Below, piece after piece: positions 51,483-64,000 of a stretch of DNA of 64,000 bases. The notes under the pieces are model-generated. The model was not told the DNA's origin, searched no databases, and saw only the letters and a program-made list of their open reading frames with translations. Source of the stretch: Takakia lepidozioides. Taxonomy: Eukaryota > Plantae > Bryophyta. How positions within the stretch are numbered: position 1 is the first letter of the stretch; every line of letters starts with the position of its first letter. The stretch covers positions 59,582,001-59,646,000 of the forward strand of contig CM060732.1 in NCBI GenBank assembly GCA_030704615.1, given 5' to 3'. A program made the position numbers and the translations under genes.

Positions 51483-53640
51483 TTTTTCTGCAGGCTCTAC
51501 CATTGCCATAGCAAGCCGGTGCAGCTTCTCTTGTGTCATTTTAGGCTTCGTGTTCTTGCTCCAATGAATGCGGACCTCTTCCAGAAACTGTGAGCCAAGA
51601 CCAAGATCAGCTATACGCAGCTGTTTGGTGAACGCAGTCACCACCTTCCCTCGGAATTCGTTCATGTGGAAAGTCATTGCCCTCTCTATTCCAAAGGCAG
51701 TGCGTTTACTCTCTGGAGTCTTTCTGTAGTACTCCGCTTTCCCCCCCTCACCCGCATCAGCAATTTCTTGCTACCCAACACAAGGACAAGGTGCAAAGAG
51801 AGGTCAGTCACCTAAATGTGTACTGGAAAACCTGAGCCCAAACTCCACAATGAGGCTTGCGTCAACGCAAATCTGACCAGATGTTCTGGTATGAAAAGAA
51901 AACAACTCTCGAATGCAGGACTTACCATGTACATGTACTCCAGGAACGCATCCCTGGTGAGTGTGTACCATGTCTTTGCCCTTTTGGAGGTCTCGCACTT
52001 CTCAAAGGCCTCAGGTGACAAAATAGTCTTGAAATTGGACAGGGGCATTCTTTTGAGCTTTTGCATCCTAAATAATGTGTGCACCGGGTTTGTTGTAACA
52101 TGGTAAGACTCTGTCTGCCTGCACAATCAAAACCAGTGTGAAAAAATAAAAGACAGGGTCCTCACGACAATGAGTGTAATGTGAATTTGTAGTAGAATCT
52201 GGTGAATATAGAGAGAACTCACTTGTTTATATCATGCGTGGTTGTTAGCGATATTGTCGATGTACTCCATCCAAGCAAACAAGCGGTGGTTCCCGTCCCA
52301 AACAAAGAACATCTTGTTACTATACACCTGCAACTCGGGACTCCTGGACAGAGACAGTTCGAACTCCCAAATTCACTTCCTTCCACCAGTCATCCCACTT
52401 GGCCATGATCTCATCGTCAACCACTTTCTCGTTTCCATTGGAATCACCTTCTGAAACATAAAACATTGGGGTTCCAAACACATATCCGTGCACAAAATCT
52501 CCCTGGAGTTTCCTGATATCCCCCGTCAAGGCAGGACGAACAGCGGGCAACTAAATCATCCTGCAGAGGGGCATCATTAGATTTGCCTCCATAACCATCA
52601 TGGACCGGATTACTTGTCTCGATTTCACCTGCCTGATTTTGATGGCCATGCCCTTGTAATCCATATCAGTGTCATGCACTTTTGTCTGGACAGCTTGCGC
52701 CACTGCAGGTTCTTTGTCCTTCCTCCTCCTCTTCTGCTCAACAAAAGAAACAGGTGAAAAACAAAAACAGAGAGAACTCCCATTCAAATATGGGTTACTT
52801 CCAGCCTCAGAAATCAGGCTTGCGTCAACGCAAGCTTGATATGGAGGTCTTGCAAGCACCCATATGCAACACATTCTGAGAGTGGAAATCATGCAAATGG
52901 GGAAGAACCAATGTATAGTTTCATTCTTTCGTCAACACAAGCATGTACCGACTTCGAAACATACTCTTCCATAGTGTTCCTCCTCTCTTTCTCACATATC
53001 ATGAATCCCATACAAGATCTGCCACTCAGTGGCTCAAGCTACTAATACTGCGCCTCCACTTCAGGCTTGCGTCAACACAAGCCTGGTTTAGAGGTCTGAA
53101 AACGTCATTGTTTCGCTACTTTCATTAACTTCTGAAAACCTCTGAAACAGGCTTCCGTCACCGCAAGCCTGATGCTGCTCTCTCAAACCTGGCGTCCTGC
53201 ACTCTCTTACTTCTCTATGCAAGCATATCTGATGCAAAAGAGAAAGCGTTTCAAGGTTTTGTTGACAACAGCGCAATCGAAAACATACGTGATTAGCATT
53301 AACAAACCTCTGCCGGGTTCTCGCCTTGGCTTGATGGTGCAGATCCGTCCCTTCTATTGCCCTTCTCCATCGCTGCCACCTGGTTTCGGAGAGGCTGCAT
53401 ACGAGCAGAATGGTTACACTTGAAATTTCAAATGAAAGAGCTTTGTTTCAACTGCAGGAAAATGGGGTAAAGGTCTTCTCACCGCGATGGCTACGGCTTC
53501 TTCTTGTGCTTCTCACAGTGAATGGAGTGGAGAAGAACTAGAAACGCCGGGTACCAACAACCTTAGGGTTCTTACATCATCGCCCAGCTCGTCCTTGGTC
53601 TGGGCTTCAGCGTCTGCTGCGGCCGCCGTCTGCGTTCCCT
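51483..53640 (-). pseudogene. ParB-MTase paralogue, N-terminal half (ParB exon plus exons 3-4; 5' extent uncertain)
   Basis: MPLCRMI*LPAVRPALTGDIRKLQGDFVHGY..FYVS..KMFFVWDGNHRLFAWMEYI..HDIN|. Exon 52118-51926 (TLFR..KTWY..YMYM|) and exon 51770-51483 (IADLGLGSQFL..KPKMTQEKLHRLA..AEK|). Intron positions and phases match the 2510-8541 gene. Confidence 0.87.
51853..53172. repeat. Further AGGCTTGCGTCAACGCAAGCCT-type palindromes in paralogue non-coding regions
   Basis: Copies at ~51853, ~52815, ~52925 (degenerate), ~53062 and ~53148. Confidence 0.85.
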
Positions 53641-53659
53641 TATCGCGACTTTGGAGACC

Positions 53660-56600
53660 TATGATCCAATGATGGGGGAGGGGGTGAAGCCCGGCCACTT
53701 TGTGTGCAAGCCTGGCAGCCTTGGATAAGGGCAAAGAGGTGCATGGGGATATCATCAAAGCTGGAATTGTACCAAATGTCATTCTGAACACTGCCCTGGC
53801 AGCTCTGGAAAAGGGGAAAGAGGTCCATGGCGACATCTTCAGAGCTGGAATTGTACCAAATGTCATTCTGAACCATATCCTGGTGGACATGTATTCAAAA
53901 TGTGGGTGCATTGAGCCCTGGACAAGGGCAAAGCGGTGCATGGGGTATCATCAAAGCTGGAATTGTACCAAATGTCATTATGAACACTGCACTGGCAGCT
54001 CTGGAAAAGAGGAAAGAGGTCCATGGCGACATCTTCAGAGCTGGAATTGTACCAAATGTCATTATGAACCATACCCCGGTGGACATGTTTGCAAAATGTG
54101 GGTGCAAAGGGATCTAGGATCTAGGATGCAAAAGGAGTGTTCGACACTATGGCTAAATGAGATGTGGTGTCGTGGAGTGCGATGCTTGCAAGGTATGCAC
54201 GGCAGGGACGTGGAATGGAGGCTTTGGAGACCTATGAGCAAAGGATGGGGGAAGCACATCATGTTTGTGTGCATTTGCAATGCTTGTGCAAGACTGGCAG
54301 CCTTGGAGAAGGGCAAGAGGTGCATGGGGATATCATCAAAGCTGGAATTGTGCCAAATGTCAATATGAACACTGCCCTAGCAGCTTTGGAAAAGGGGAAA
54401 GAGGTCCATGGCGACATCTTCAAAGTTGGAACTGTACCAAATGTCATTCTGAACAATACCCTGGTGAACATGTTTGCAAAATGTGGGTGCATCTAGGATG
54501 CAAAGGGAGTGTTTGACACTATGGCTGAATGAGATGTGGTGTCATGGAGTGCGATGCTTGTAGGGTATGTACGGCAGGGATGTGGGATGGAGGCTTTGGA
54601 GAGCTATGAGCAAATGATGGGGGAAGAACATCATGTTTGTGTGCATTTTCAATGCTTGTGCAAGCCTGGCAGCCGGCCTGGAGAAGGGCAAGAGGTGCAT
54701 GGGGATATCATCAAAACTGGAATTGTGCCAAATGTCAATCTTATTCAGAGCTGGAATTGTACCAAGGTGAATGTCTGTCAGATTACCAGATGCAAAGAGG
54801 TGCATGGTTGCATCGCCAAAGGTAGTAGCTGCAGCGGCACAGTTGATAAAGTCAGGCACCTCAACCATGACCACAACTTCTGGAAGAGGATCAAGAGAGG
54901 GAGTCCACAATGCCTCTTCTGGCACTTATGGGCATGTGAAGATGCTTTGTGAGGCAGGGAGACTGAAAGAGGCTCTACTAACTTTAAACCAAGGAGGCAT
55001 TTCAGCAGATTCAGATACGTATGCTTGTCTCTTGCATAAGTGCATCAAGATGAAAGACCAAGTGAAGCTAGAAAGCATGTGCACACTCACATCATCCAAA
55101 GTGCACGCCAAATATTTTTCTACTCAACACCCTTGTCAACATGTATGTTATGTGCGGGAGCATCATGGATGCTCACCAAGTGTTCAACGGAATGCCTCAA
55201 CGATCTTACATCACGTGGAACACGATGCTTGCAGGGTGTGCATGCAGGGGCGTGGTATGGAGGCCTTGGAGAATGTGGTGAGGGCACCTTCTTCTTCGAC
55301 CTATTTCAGCCTATTTTTCCCTCTCATCAGACCCAACCCTGAATTTACATATTGAATTGTCAAGGACAATGTGGTGAGGGCACCTTCTTCCTCGACCTAT
55401 TTCAGCATGTTTTGCCCTCTCATCAGACTCGGCCCTGAGATGCATATTGAATTCTGTAAGTTAGCTCGTTGGGTGGATCTGTGGTGGTTTGGAATGACTA
55501 TGACAAGTAACTGCCGATGTGGCAGTAGGAAAGTATCCAAAACAGATAACAGAGATGAGGAGAAGGTGTGGAATGAATACTTTGTTGACCCCAGTGAATG
55601 GTGGAACAACTGAGGCAAAAAGTTGAATGCCTATTAGATGACAGAGAGTAGCGGACGCAATTCAACATAGGAACTAGTGTGATTGGGTATTTCCTAGGTT
55701 GTCATTGTCAGCTGCTAGCAGCAAGGGCAAAGATGAATGCATGATTTGTGCAAAGAGGCATGGATAGCTGAAGGAGAAGGGATAGAGTGTGGGTCCAGAT
55801 TCATCCAAGAGGGCCGGACTTCAAGCTCCAGATTACCTTTGATTCCATGTGGATCAATAGCTACAAGAAACCTGAATGGGTAGATGGTCAACTAAAGGCA
55901 ATAGCTGCAGTGGCACAGTTGATAAAATCAGGCACGTCCTCAACCATGACCGCAACTTCTGAAAGAGGATCAAGAGAGGGAGTCCACAATGCCTTTTATG
56001 CGGGGCATGTGAAGATGCTTTGTGAGGCAGGCAGACTGACAAAGGCTCTAGGTCTGGAAGCTGGAATCAGGTGCACACTCACATTATCCAAAGTGGATTC
56101 ATGCCAAATGTTTTTTCTACTCAACACCCTTGTCAACATGTATGTTAAGTGCGGGAGCATCATGGATTACATTTCTACCGAATGCCTCAGCGATCTTTGA
56201 TCATGTGGAATATAATGTTGGCAGGATTTACCAAACATGGGTGTGGTAGGAATGCTTTGGCGACCTATGAGCAAATGCTGCGCAAAGGGGTGAAACCCAA
56301 CCACATCACGTTTCCGCATGTTTGCAATGCTTGTGCAAGCCTGGGACCTATGGAAAAGGGGAAAGAGGTCCATGGTGGCATCGTCAAAGCTGGAATTGTA
56401 CCAGATATCATCTTGAACACTCCCCTGGTGGACGTCTATGCCAATGTGGATGCATTAAGGATGCGAAGGGAGTTTTCAACACTATGGCTGAACCAAATGT
56501 GGTGTCATGGAACGCAATGCTTGCAGGGTATGCACAGTAGGGACATGGTATGGAGACTTTGGAGATCTATGATCAAATGATGGGGGAAGGGGGGGGGGGG
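53660..56600 (+). pseudogene. Tandemly duplicated, disrupted PLS-class PPR gene fragments
   Basis: Repeated GKEVHGDIIKAGIVPNVILN..LVDMYAKCG..DAKGVF..DVVSWSAMLAGY motifs with stops and frameshifts. Confidence 0.9.
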
Positions 56601-58400
56601 GGCACCTTCTTCAATAGCACAACGGCTACAAGTGGGTAGATGGTCAACTGGAAACAGCAATGGCAGCAGCACAATTGATAGAACAAGGCCCACTGCTAAT
56701 GCAGGTACATTCTTCAACATATTTCACCCTGTTTTCCCCTACTATCAGAGTCGTCCCTAAATTTTCATGTTGAATTCTACAAGTTAGCTTGTTGGTGGAT
56801 CTATGGTGGTGTTGGAGTGATTTTGACATGTTACTGCCAATGTGCTCGACAAGAAAGTATCGAAAAACAGATAATAGAGATGTGGAGAAGCTCTGGAATG
56901 AATACGGTTCCAACCCCAGTCAATGGTGGAACAATCCAGGCAAAAAGGTGAATGCCTGTTGGAAGTAGACGCAACTCAACATAGGAACTAGTGTGATAAG
57001 TAGGGTTGGGGTGTTTGCTGGAACAATTCTAGAGTGCTATTGTCAGCTGCTAGCATCAAGGCAAGGATGTATGCATGATTTGTGCAGATGCATGGATAGC
57101 TGAAGGAGCAGGGAGCAGTGTGGGTCCAGATTCATCCAAGAGGGCCGGATTTCAAGCTGTAGATCGCCTACAATTCCCTGTGGAAGTAGCACACACCTCG
57201 CACACACAAGAGGTCCTCTTGGGTGCATGGTCAGTCAAAATCCTCCATGGGTCATGACACAAGGTCGAGGACAATGTGGTGAGGGCACCTTCTTCTTTGA
57301 CCTATTTCAGCCTATTTTTCCCTCTCATCAGACCCAGCCTTGAATTTATATATTGAACATTTGCTGTAAGTTAGCTCGTTGGGTGGATGTGGGGTGGTTT
57401 GGAGTGACTTTGATAAGTTACTGCTGATGTGGCAGTAGGAAAGTACCCAAAAATAGATAACAAGATGAAGAGAAGCTTTGGGATGAACACTTTCTGACCC
57501 CAATCAGTGGGGGGACAATGGAGACAAAAATATGAGTGCTTGTTCGACTTCAGAGAGAAGCAGTTGCAATTCAGAATTGAAACTACTGTTAAGTCCTAGG
57601 TTGGGGTGTTTTCTGGAAGAACTTCACGCCGTCACTGTCAGCTGCTAGCAGCAAGGCTGAGGGATGTATTCATGATCTGTACACGGGCAGGGATAGCTGA
57701 GGGACCAGGGATAGAGGTCCAGATTCATGTTCAGGTTCAGGCTGAGGGATCAATAGCGAAAAGAATCAGCTGGAGTAGATGGACAATTGTTGTAAGTGGA
57801 AATAGTAGCGGCAACACAATTGATAGAATGAGGTACTGCTAATGAAGGCACCTTCCTCAATACATTTCAGCCTGTTTTTCCAAATAGGGTTGGGGTGTAA
57901 GAACAAATCTAGGCTGTCATCATCAGCTACTAGCAGCAAGACAATGATATATGCATGATTTGTGCAGAGGTATAGATAGTTGAAGGAGCAGGGATAGAGT
58001 GTGGGTGCAGATTCACCCAAGAGGGCCGGGCTTCAAGCTCCAGATTGACTCTATAGCTACAACAAACCTGCATGGGTAGATGGTTAACTGGCAGCAGCGG
58101 CACAATTTATAAAATCAGACACTGCTAATGAAAGCATCTTATTCAACACATTTCACCTTGTTTTTCCCTCTAATCAGAATCGGCCCTAAATTTCCATGTT
58201 GAATTCTGCAAGTTAGTTGGTTGAGTGAATATAGTTTGGAGTGACTTTGACATGACACTGCCAATGTGACAACATGAAAGTATCAAAAAACAAGTAACAG
58301 AGATGAAGAGAAGTTGTGGAATGAATACTATTCTGCCCCAGTCAATGATGGGACAACCAAGGCAAAAAGGTAAATGCCTGTTACATTCACTAGAAGAGAA
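55270..58400 (+). repeat. Degenerate segmental repeats encoding an OSB-type PDF motif; 57465-58390 is duplicated at 62906-63850
   Basis: EEKVWNEYFVDPSEWWNN*GKK then (after a putative intron) IHPRGPDFKLQITFDSMWINSYKKPEWV. Several decayed copies. Confidence 0.7.
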
Positions 58401-59269
58401 ACCGGCTTTTTCCACGGCTCTGCCATCTCACACCTGGCACATTCCACGGCTTTTATCATGGGTCTGTAGAGTGAGCCAAGGTGTGGGTCAAAATATGCCC
58501 TAACTGTGGGGTGTCTCACATGTGATCCACACCCAAGGCAAGAACAGTGTGAAAACAGCCATGAGCATGGCGGGAGTTGGCTTAGTTTACATGGCATGTT
58601 ACACACATGTGTGAAATGGGACCATAGAATTTCCACATTGTGGTGTATGGGGAGTTTGATAATGATGCCCTTGGAAAATGATTATGAACTTCATGTTCAT
58701 GTTTAGAAATCTGCACGATGTGCTACTAGCAAGTGAAGAATCACCCCCTACTACACCCCATTTTCAATCTCTACATTATGAAGTCTATAATGCCCTTGGT
58801 GAAATGAGCATGGGGATCGCATTCAAAGGTGGCCCCGTTCCGTTGCAACCTATGACACAAGTAGGACAAATAGGCATAGGCATGATTTACATTTTTTGCC
58901 ACAAATCACTTGCATCATCCTTACGTTGAACTCCTTGTTTATGTGACATGCTTGGACTTTGTCATCTCACACATCAAAGAAAAAACCAGAATATTTCGAA
59001 AAAATCCTAACCTAAATTTACTAACAAGTGTTCAAACCAGCCCAATGGTAATATATTTTATTACCATTATCAAATGTTTGTCTACGTGGTGTTTTGGTTT
59101 TCTAGACAAGTCTGGTAGCAGGATTTTAGCCTCTGACCTAGAATGAATCAAAGTGCAAATGGTTAAAAAGTCAAAAAGTTGCTAATAAGGTTGCCCATTA
59201 GGGTAATCGTGAACACAGAGGAGGGCTGGGACTTGGCGTTTTTTTTTGTCTCCTGCGCCACACCATGTA

Positions 59270-59890
59270 ACCGAGGGATGGAACGCGATGATCGCAGGAT
59301 ACGTAGGGGCAAGGGATGGAGGCATTGAGCAAATGATGCGGGAAGGAGGAGAGGAGGAGGAGATGAGTCGCAAAAGGGGAAGGAGGTCCATGGTGACACC
59401 TTCAAAGCTGCAATTGTACCAAATGTCATTTTGAACAATACCCTAGTGGACATGTATGCAAAATGTGGGTGCATCGAGGATGCAAAGGGAGTGTTCAACA
59501 CTATGGCTGAACGAGATGTGGTGTCGTGGAGTGCGATGCTTGCAGGGTATGCACAATAGGGACGTGGGATGGAGGCTTTGGAGACTATGAGCAAATGATG
59601 GGGGAAGGGGTTCAGCCCGGCCACATCATGTTTGTATGCATTGCAGGCCTGGCAGCCCTGGAGAAGGGCAAAGAGGTGCATGGGGATATCATCAAAGCTG
59701 GAATTGTACCTAATGTCATTCGAAACACTGCCCTGGCAGCTCTGGAAAAGGGGAAGGAGGTCCATGGTGACACCTTCAGAGCTACAATTGTACCAAATGT
59801 CATTTTGAACAATACCCTAGTGGGCATGTACACAAAATGTGGGTGCATCGAGGATGCAAAGGGAGTGTTCAACACTATGGCTGAACGAGA
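59270..59890 (+). pseudogene. PPR fragments
   Basis: NNTLVDMYAKCGCIEDAKGVFNTMAERDVVSWSAMLAGYAQ*. Confidence 0.88.
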
Positions 59891-61980
59891 GTTTGACATT
59901 GCGGATGTGAGGGCCCAGACTATCAAGAACTGCGTACAAGCCATGCTACAATGTCATGCGATTTCAAACGGAGAGAAAATATTTCTTGCTCGTGTTTGCA
60001 AGTTTCTGATTGCAAATTAGGCCAAAGGGCGACAAAGTTATCGGTTGAATCCCACCTGTTGCCTCCACGTGAACAGCCTTTTGTGCTGCCATCACAGGTC
60101 GATCAAGTTTTTTTCTCTGAATGTTTCAATGAACTGAGGTGGAATGTGGTGCTGGAAAAAAGCCCCCAGTCACGCAGGGTGGTCAGCGATGTCATCATTT
60201 GCAACGATGATATTGCGAGTGTGTCAGGCCTCTTAGCCCCTGATCAAATTGAAGAGACCAATGTTGCTGGAAACAGTTTGGGGCGGACCATCCAAGTGAC
60301 ACCTGAAGATGTTGCTTCACTATACAGAGACATGGGATCTGAGGAAGGTCATCCATGTCCCACGGAGAACAGTTTCGGTGAAGATACAGAATCAAGTGAT
60401 GATGAGGACGTGTAGTTCTTGGAATGAGGTATCACATTCCCCATAACTGCCTATTACAATCTGAAGTATATTAGGGCTTTGTTCACGCGAGGAATGCTTT
60501 GTTCAGCCTCAGACGTATATGAAGGGCTATGTTCTCACATACTAGATGTCTCTTTGGTTCCTTGATTTTGATTAAGGGCTTTGTGAGGCTGACACAAAGG
60601 AAGGGTGGGGGTGGGGGTGGGGGTGGGGGGGGGGGGGGGGGGGTGTGGATTTAAGCAGGTGACATTGGAGGTCTCCAATTGCGATGGCGTGTCATCTGTG
60701 GGCTCAGCAATTGTGCATGCAATTCTTGTGCAATTCTCGTATTTTCTGGGAGGTTGAGCTTCATGTCCGCCCCTCTGCATGGATGTGAGACTGCAGGGGG
60801 GAGTGAGAAGGGCCCAAAATGGAGAAGCCATACATGTTGGTGGCACATTTTCAGAAGGGGATATTGCTGGTTTTAGCTACTGGGATGAAGTTGTTGGTGG
60901 AATGGAGTGCCAGACATCGTCATGTGGACAGCATAACAGCAGGCTGCCGGTTTGTGCGCTGAATGTCCACCCACATTGTTGGGCCATTTTTCTCATGACT
61001 TTTGGTAGGTGCCTTGGGACTTGATTGAACTCTATGGCATGTAGGTCTTATTTCTACCAGCTCGGAGACTCACTCACATCTGGCTGGTCTATTTGCTGCT
61101 TGCAGAATGTGTTGCGAGGCAGCAGAAGGAGAAGATACCATGTAGTGGTGGGCTGGAGCAAAGACTACTGGCTGAAGAAACCACCCTTGCTCAGTATATC
61201 TGCTGTATATTTTTCTTTTTTCAATGTAAGGGAAGTGCAGTTATGTGCTTGGTGCATGGACTGTTCATTTGTTGCATGTCTTTGTAGTGTCTTATAGGCC
61301 ATGGTTAACCCATCCTGGCTGAGGTTCTCTCCTCGGGTGGGACACTTGATGTTCTCCCATTGGGTACGGTCAATGAGTATTAAGGCCTGAATAGTAGGTG
61401 GACGCTATTGTCACGGTTACACATGTGTTTGAGTTTTTGTACGAGGGCAAGAATGTTGGAAGACATGGTTCTTGTTCTACAAGTGCTGACCAAAGACTTA
61501 CCCCTGGAAACCCTTCAATCGATTTGGTTACCATGATCTCGATGCAACAGAAAGAATCTTCGAAATTGGTGTGAAAGACAACAATGTTGCCAAAGCCATT
61601 GCCAAAGCAATCTACCCTCAACCCTCTAATCCCATGGGAATGGGCGACGTCCTTGCGACTGCCCCATGACGCAGGGGAAGGGATGGACCCCCCTCCCTGC
61701 CCTTTGTTGCGACTCCTGGGAGTCGCCATATTGCGACGCCCCGGAGGGGTGGCGTCTTTTCGCCATCGCTGGTCGTGGCTAGGTGGACCCGGGGGATTAG
61801 CGATTCCCTTAGGTCGCTAATCTGCGACGTTCTGGGAGCGACGTGGCGGCGACTTCCCGATGTCGCAATTTGTCCCCGGCGCGCCCTGGGCACTGTAGTG
61901 TATTTTCGTCGCTAGGCGTGGCATTTGGAAGTCGCTGAGGCATCACTAAACCCCCCCCCCCCCCCCAAAACGTAGTAGTG
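59890..61980 (+). mobile_element. CACTA element right part: transposase C-terminal (DUF4216-like) fragment and TAGTG end
   Basis: EQPFVLPSQVDQVFF..WNVVLEK in ORF 59951-60415. ttgcgac / gtcgc subterminal repeats at 61650-61940. Terminus ..gtagTAGTG at 61980. Confidence 0.7.
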
Positions 61981-61984
61981 ATGC

Positions 61985-62320
61985 CCACGAGGGTATTGTT
62001 CAAAATGACATTGGGTACAATTTCAAATTTGACAATGGCACCATGGACCTTTTACCCTTCTCCAGGGGTGCCAGGCTCGCACATGTATTGCAAACACAAA
62101 CGAACGTGATCCGGTCTGGCTTCACCCCTTCCCGCATTATTTGCTCATACGTCTCCGAAGCCTCTATACCATGCCCCCGCTGTGCATATCCTCACCCTTC
62201 CTACATCATTTGCTCAAGAATAAGCTCAAGAAAGTTGCATGAGTTGCTCAAGAATAGGTCGCAAAGCCTCAATCCCACGCCCTTGCATTGCATATCCTGC
62301 GATCATCGCGTTCCATGACA
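61985..62320 (-). pseudogene. Inverted PPR fragments
   Basis: The reverse strand reads ..GVKPDRITFVCVCNTCASLAPLEKGKRS..VPNVILNNTLVG. Confidence 0.75.
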
Positions 62321-62539
62321 CAAGTTCTTACTGCTAGGGTCGATATTAAGAAAACAAATGGTATCGTTGGAGACAAAAGAGGCTCAGCCCTCTGTGTTCA
62401 CGGCTGAATGTGGGCAACCTTAAAGCAACTTTAAAAAAAAATTAACCTTTTGCACTTTGTGTCATTCTATTGACGCAAGTGCTTAGATGGATGAGGTCAT
62501 CCAATAGATGAACCCGTTCATGTATATGCCTTAAGATGC

Positions 62540-62905
62540 CCACATGTAGTGATGTAGTCATATAAACATAGCTGTGAAACCTCATGTAGTCATGTAGTCA
62601 CAAGCTTCTATGGCATGTCATCAATATGTAGTAATGGTGTAGTCATTTAGTCATACGCTTATATGACACGTGTTTAACGTGTAGTAGTGCGTATGACTAC
62701 TAGTTATATAAACCAAGCTTGTGTTCTTGGTCAACAATGTTTGACCGCAGCTCCTAATCATGTAGTAATATGTATGACTTCATTAGATTAAAATATATTA
62801 AAATGCGCCCAACAATGGGTTTCATCACTTTGTAGTCACATATATAGTCATGGTTACCAAGGTTTATATCACCCGTAGTCATAAAAACGACAATATGTAG
62901 TAGTG
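62540..62905. mobile_element. Second CACTA-type terminal remnant
   Basis: Many gtagtcat repeats ending in gtagTAGTG at 62905. Confidence 0.5.
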
Positions 62906-64000
62906 GATGAAGAGAAGCTTTGGAATGAACACTTTTCTGACCCCAGTCAGTGGGGGGACAATGGAGACAAAAAGGTGAGTGCTTGTTCGACTACAGAGAG
63001 AAGCAGTTGCAGTTCAGAATTGAAACTACTGTTAAGTAGGGTTGGGGTGTTTTCTGGAAGAACTTCACGCCGTCAGTGTTAGCTGCTAGAAGCAAGGCTG
63101 AGGGATATATTCATGATCTGTACACGGGCAGAGATAGCTGAAGGACCGGGGATAGCTGAGGGACCAGGGATAGAGGTCCAGATTCATGTTCAGGTTCAGG
63201 CTGAGGGATCAATAGCTACAAGAAATCAGCTGGAGTAGATGGTCAATTGTTGCAAGTGGAAACAGTAGCAACAACAACACAATTGATAGAATGACGTGCT
63301 GCTAATGAAGGCACCTTCCTCAACACATTTCAGCCTGTTTTTCCAAGTAGGGTTGGGGTGTTTGCTAGAACAAATCTAGGTTGTCATCGTCACCTGCTAG
63401 TAGCAAGGCAATGATATATGCATGATTTGTGCAGAGGCATGGATAGTTGAAGGAGCAAGGATAGAGTGTGGGTGCAAATTCAACCAAGAGGGCCGGGCTT
63501 CAAGCTCCAGATTGACTCTGTAGCTACAAGAACCTGCATGGGTAGATGGTCAACTGGCAACAGCGGCACAATTTATAAAATCAGACATTGCTGATGAAGG
63601 CATCTTCTTCAACACATTTCACCTTGTTTTTCCCTCTTATCAGAATCGGCCCTAAATTTCCATGTTGAATCCTGCAAGTTAGCTGGTTGAGTGAATCTAG
63701 TTTGGAGTGACTTTGACATGATATTGCCAATGTGACAATAGGAAAGTATCAAAAAACAAGTAACAGAGATGAGGAGAAGTTGTGGAATGAATACTTTTCT
63801 GCCCCAGTCAATGATGGGACAACCGAGGCAAAAAGATGAATGCCTGTTACATTTCATGGAGTAGTAGACGCATTCAGCATATGAACTAGTGTGAGAAGCT
63901 GAGTTGGGTGTTTCCTAGAATAAATCTAGGCTGTCATTGTCAGCTACTAGCAGCAAGGCAAGGATGAATGCATGATTTGTGTAGAGGCTCACTTTGACTC

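Overview
Repeat-rich nuclear DNA of a land plant, probably a non-seed lineage (inferred from the PAL intron pattern, PPR style and TE types). There is a 500-N scaffold gap at 10453-10952. Host genes: an intact TFIIS, RPL13 (indels and duplications that look like assembly errors), a PAL pseudogene, WEE1 exon fragments and a decayed PPR / OSB-PDF-motif cluster. TEs: a Ty3/gypsy element with an extra ORF, a Ty1/copia element, hAT and CACTA remnants. The main discovery is an intact 9-exon gene (2510-8541, ~1342 aa) fusing a ParB/Srx-fold domain (YVWDGNHRLLA) to a beta-class N4C/N6A DNA-methyltransferase-like domain (MILLDIPDG...ILDLTCGTGAS...RHVFAFE). Its upstream region and intron 6 hold helically phased arrays of a 22-bp palindrome, GGAAATTCGGCGCCGAATTTCC. 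A diverged, pseudogenised paralogue with the same intron positions lies at ~46.8-53.6 kb, split by an inversion and next to a hAT transposase remnant. It carries a different 22-bp palindrome (AGGCTTGCGTTAACGCAAGCCT) in the homologous intron. This suggests a mobile-element-borne ParB/parS-like loading plus DNA amino-methylation system with co-evolving protein and site pairs. All alignments and splice models were made by eye; no searches were run.
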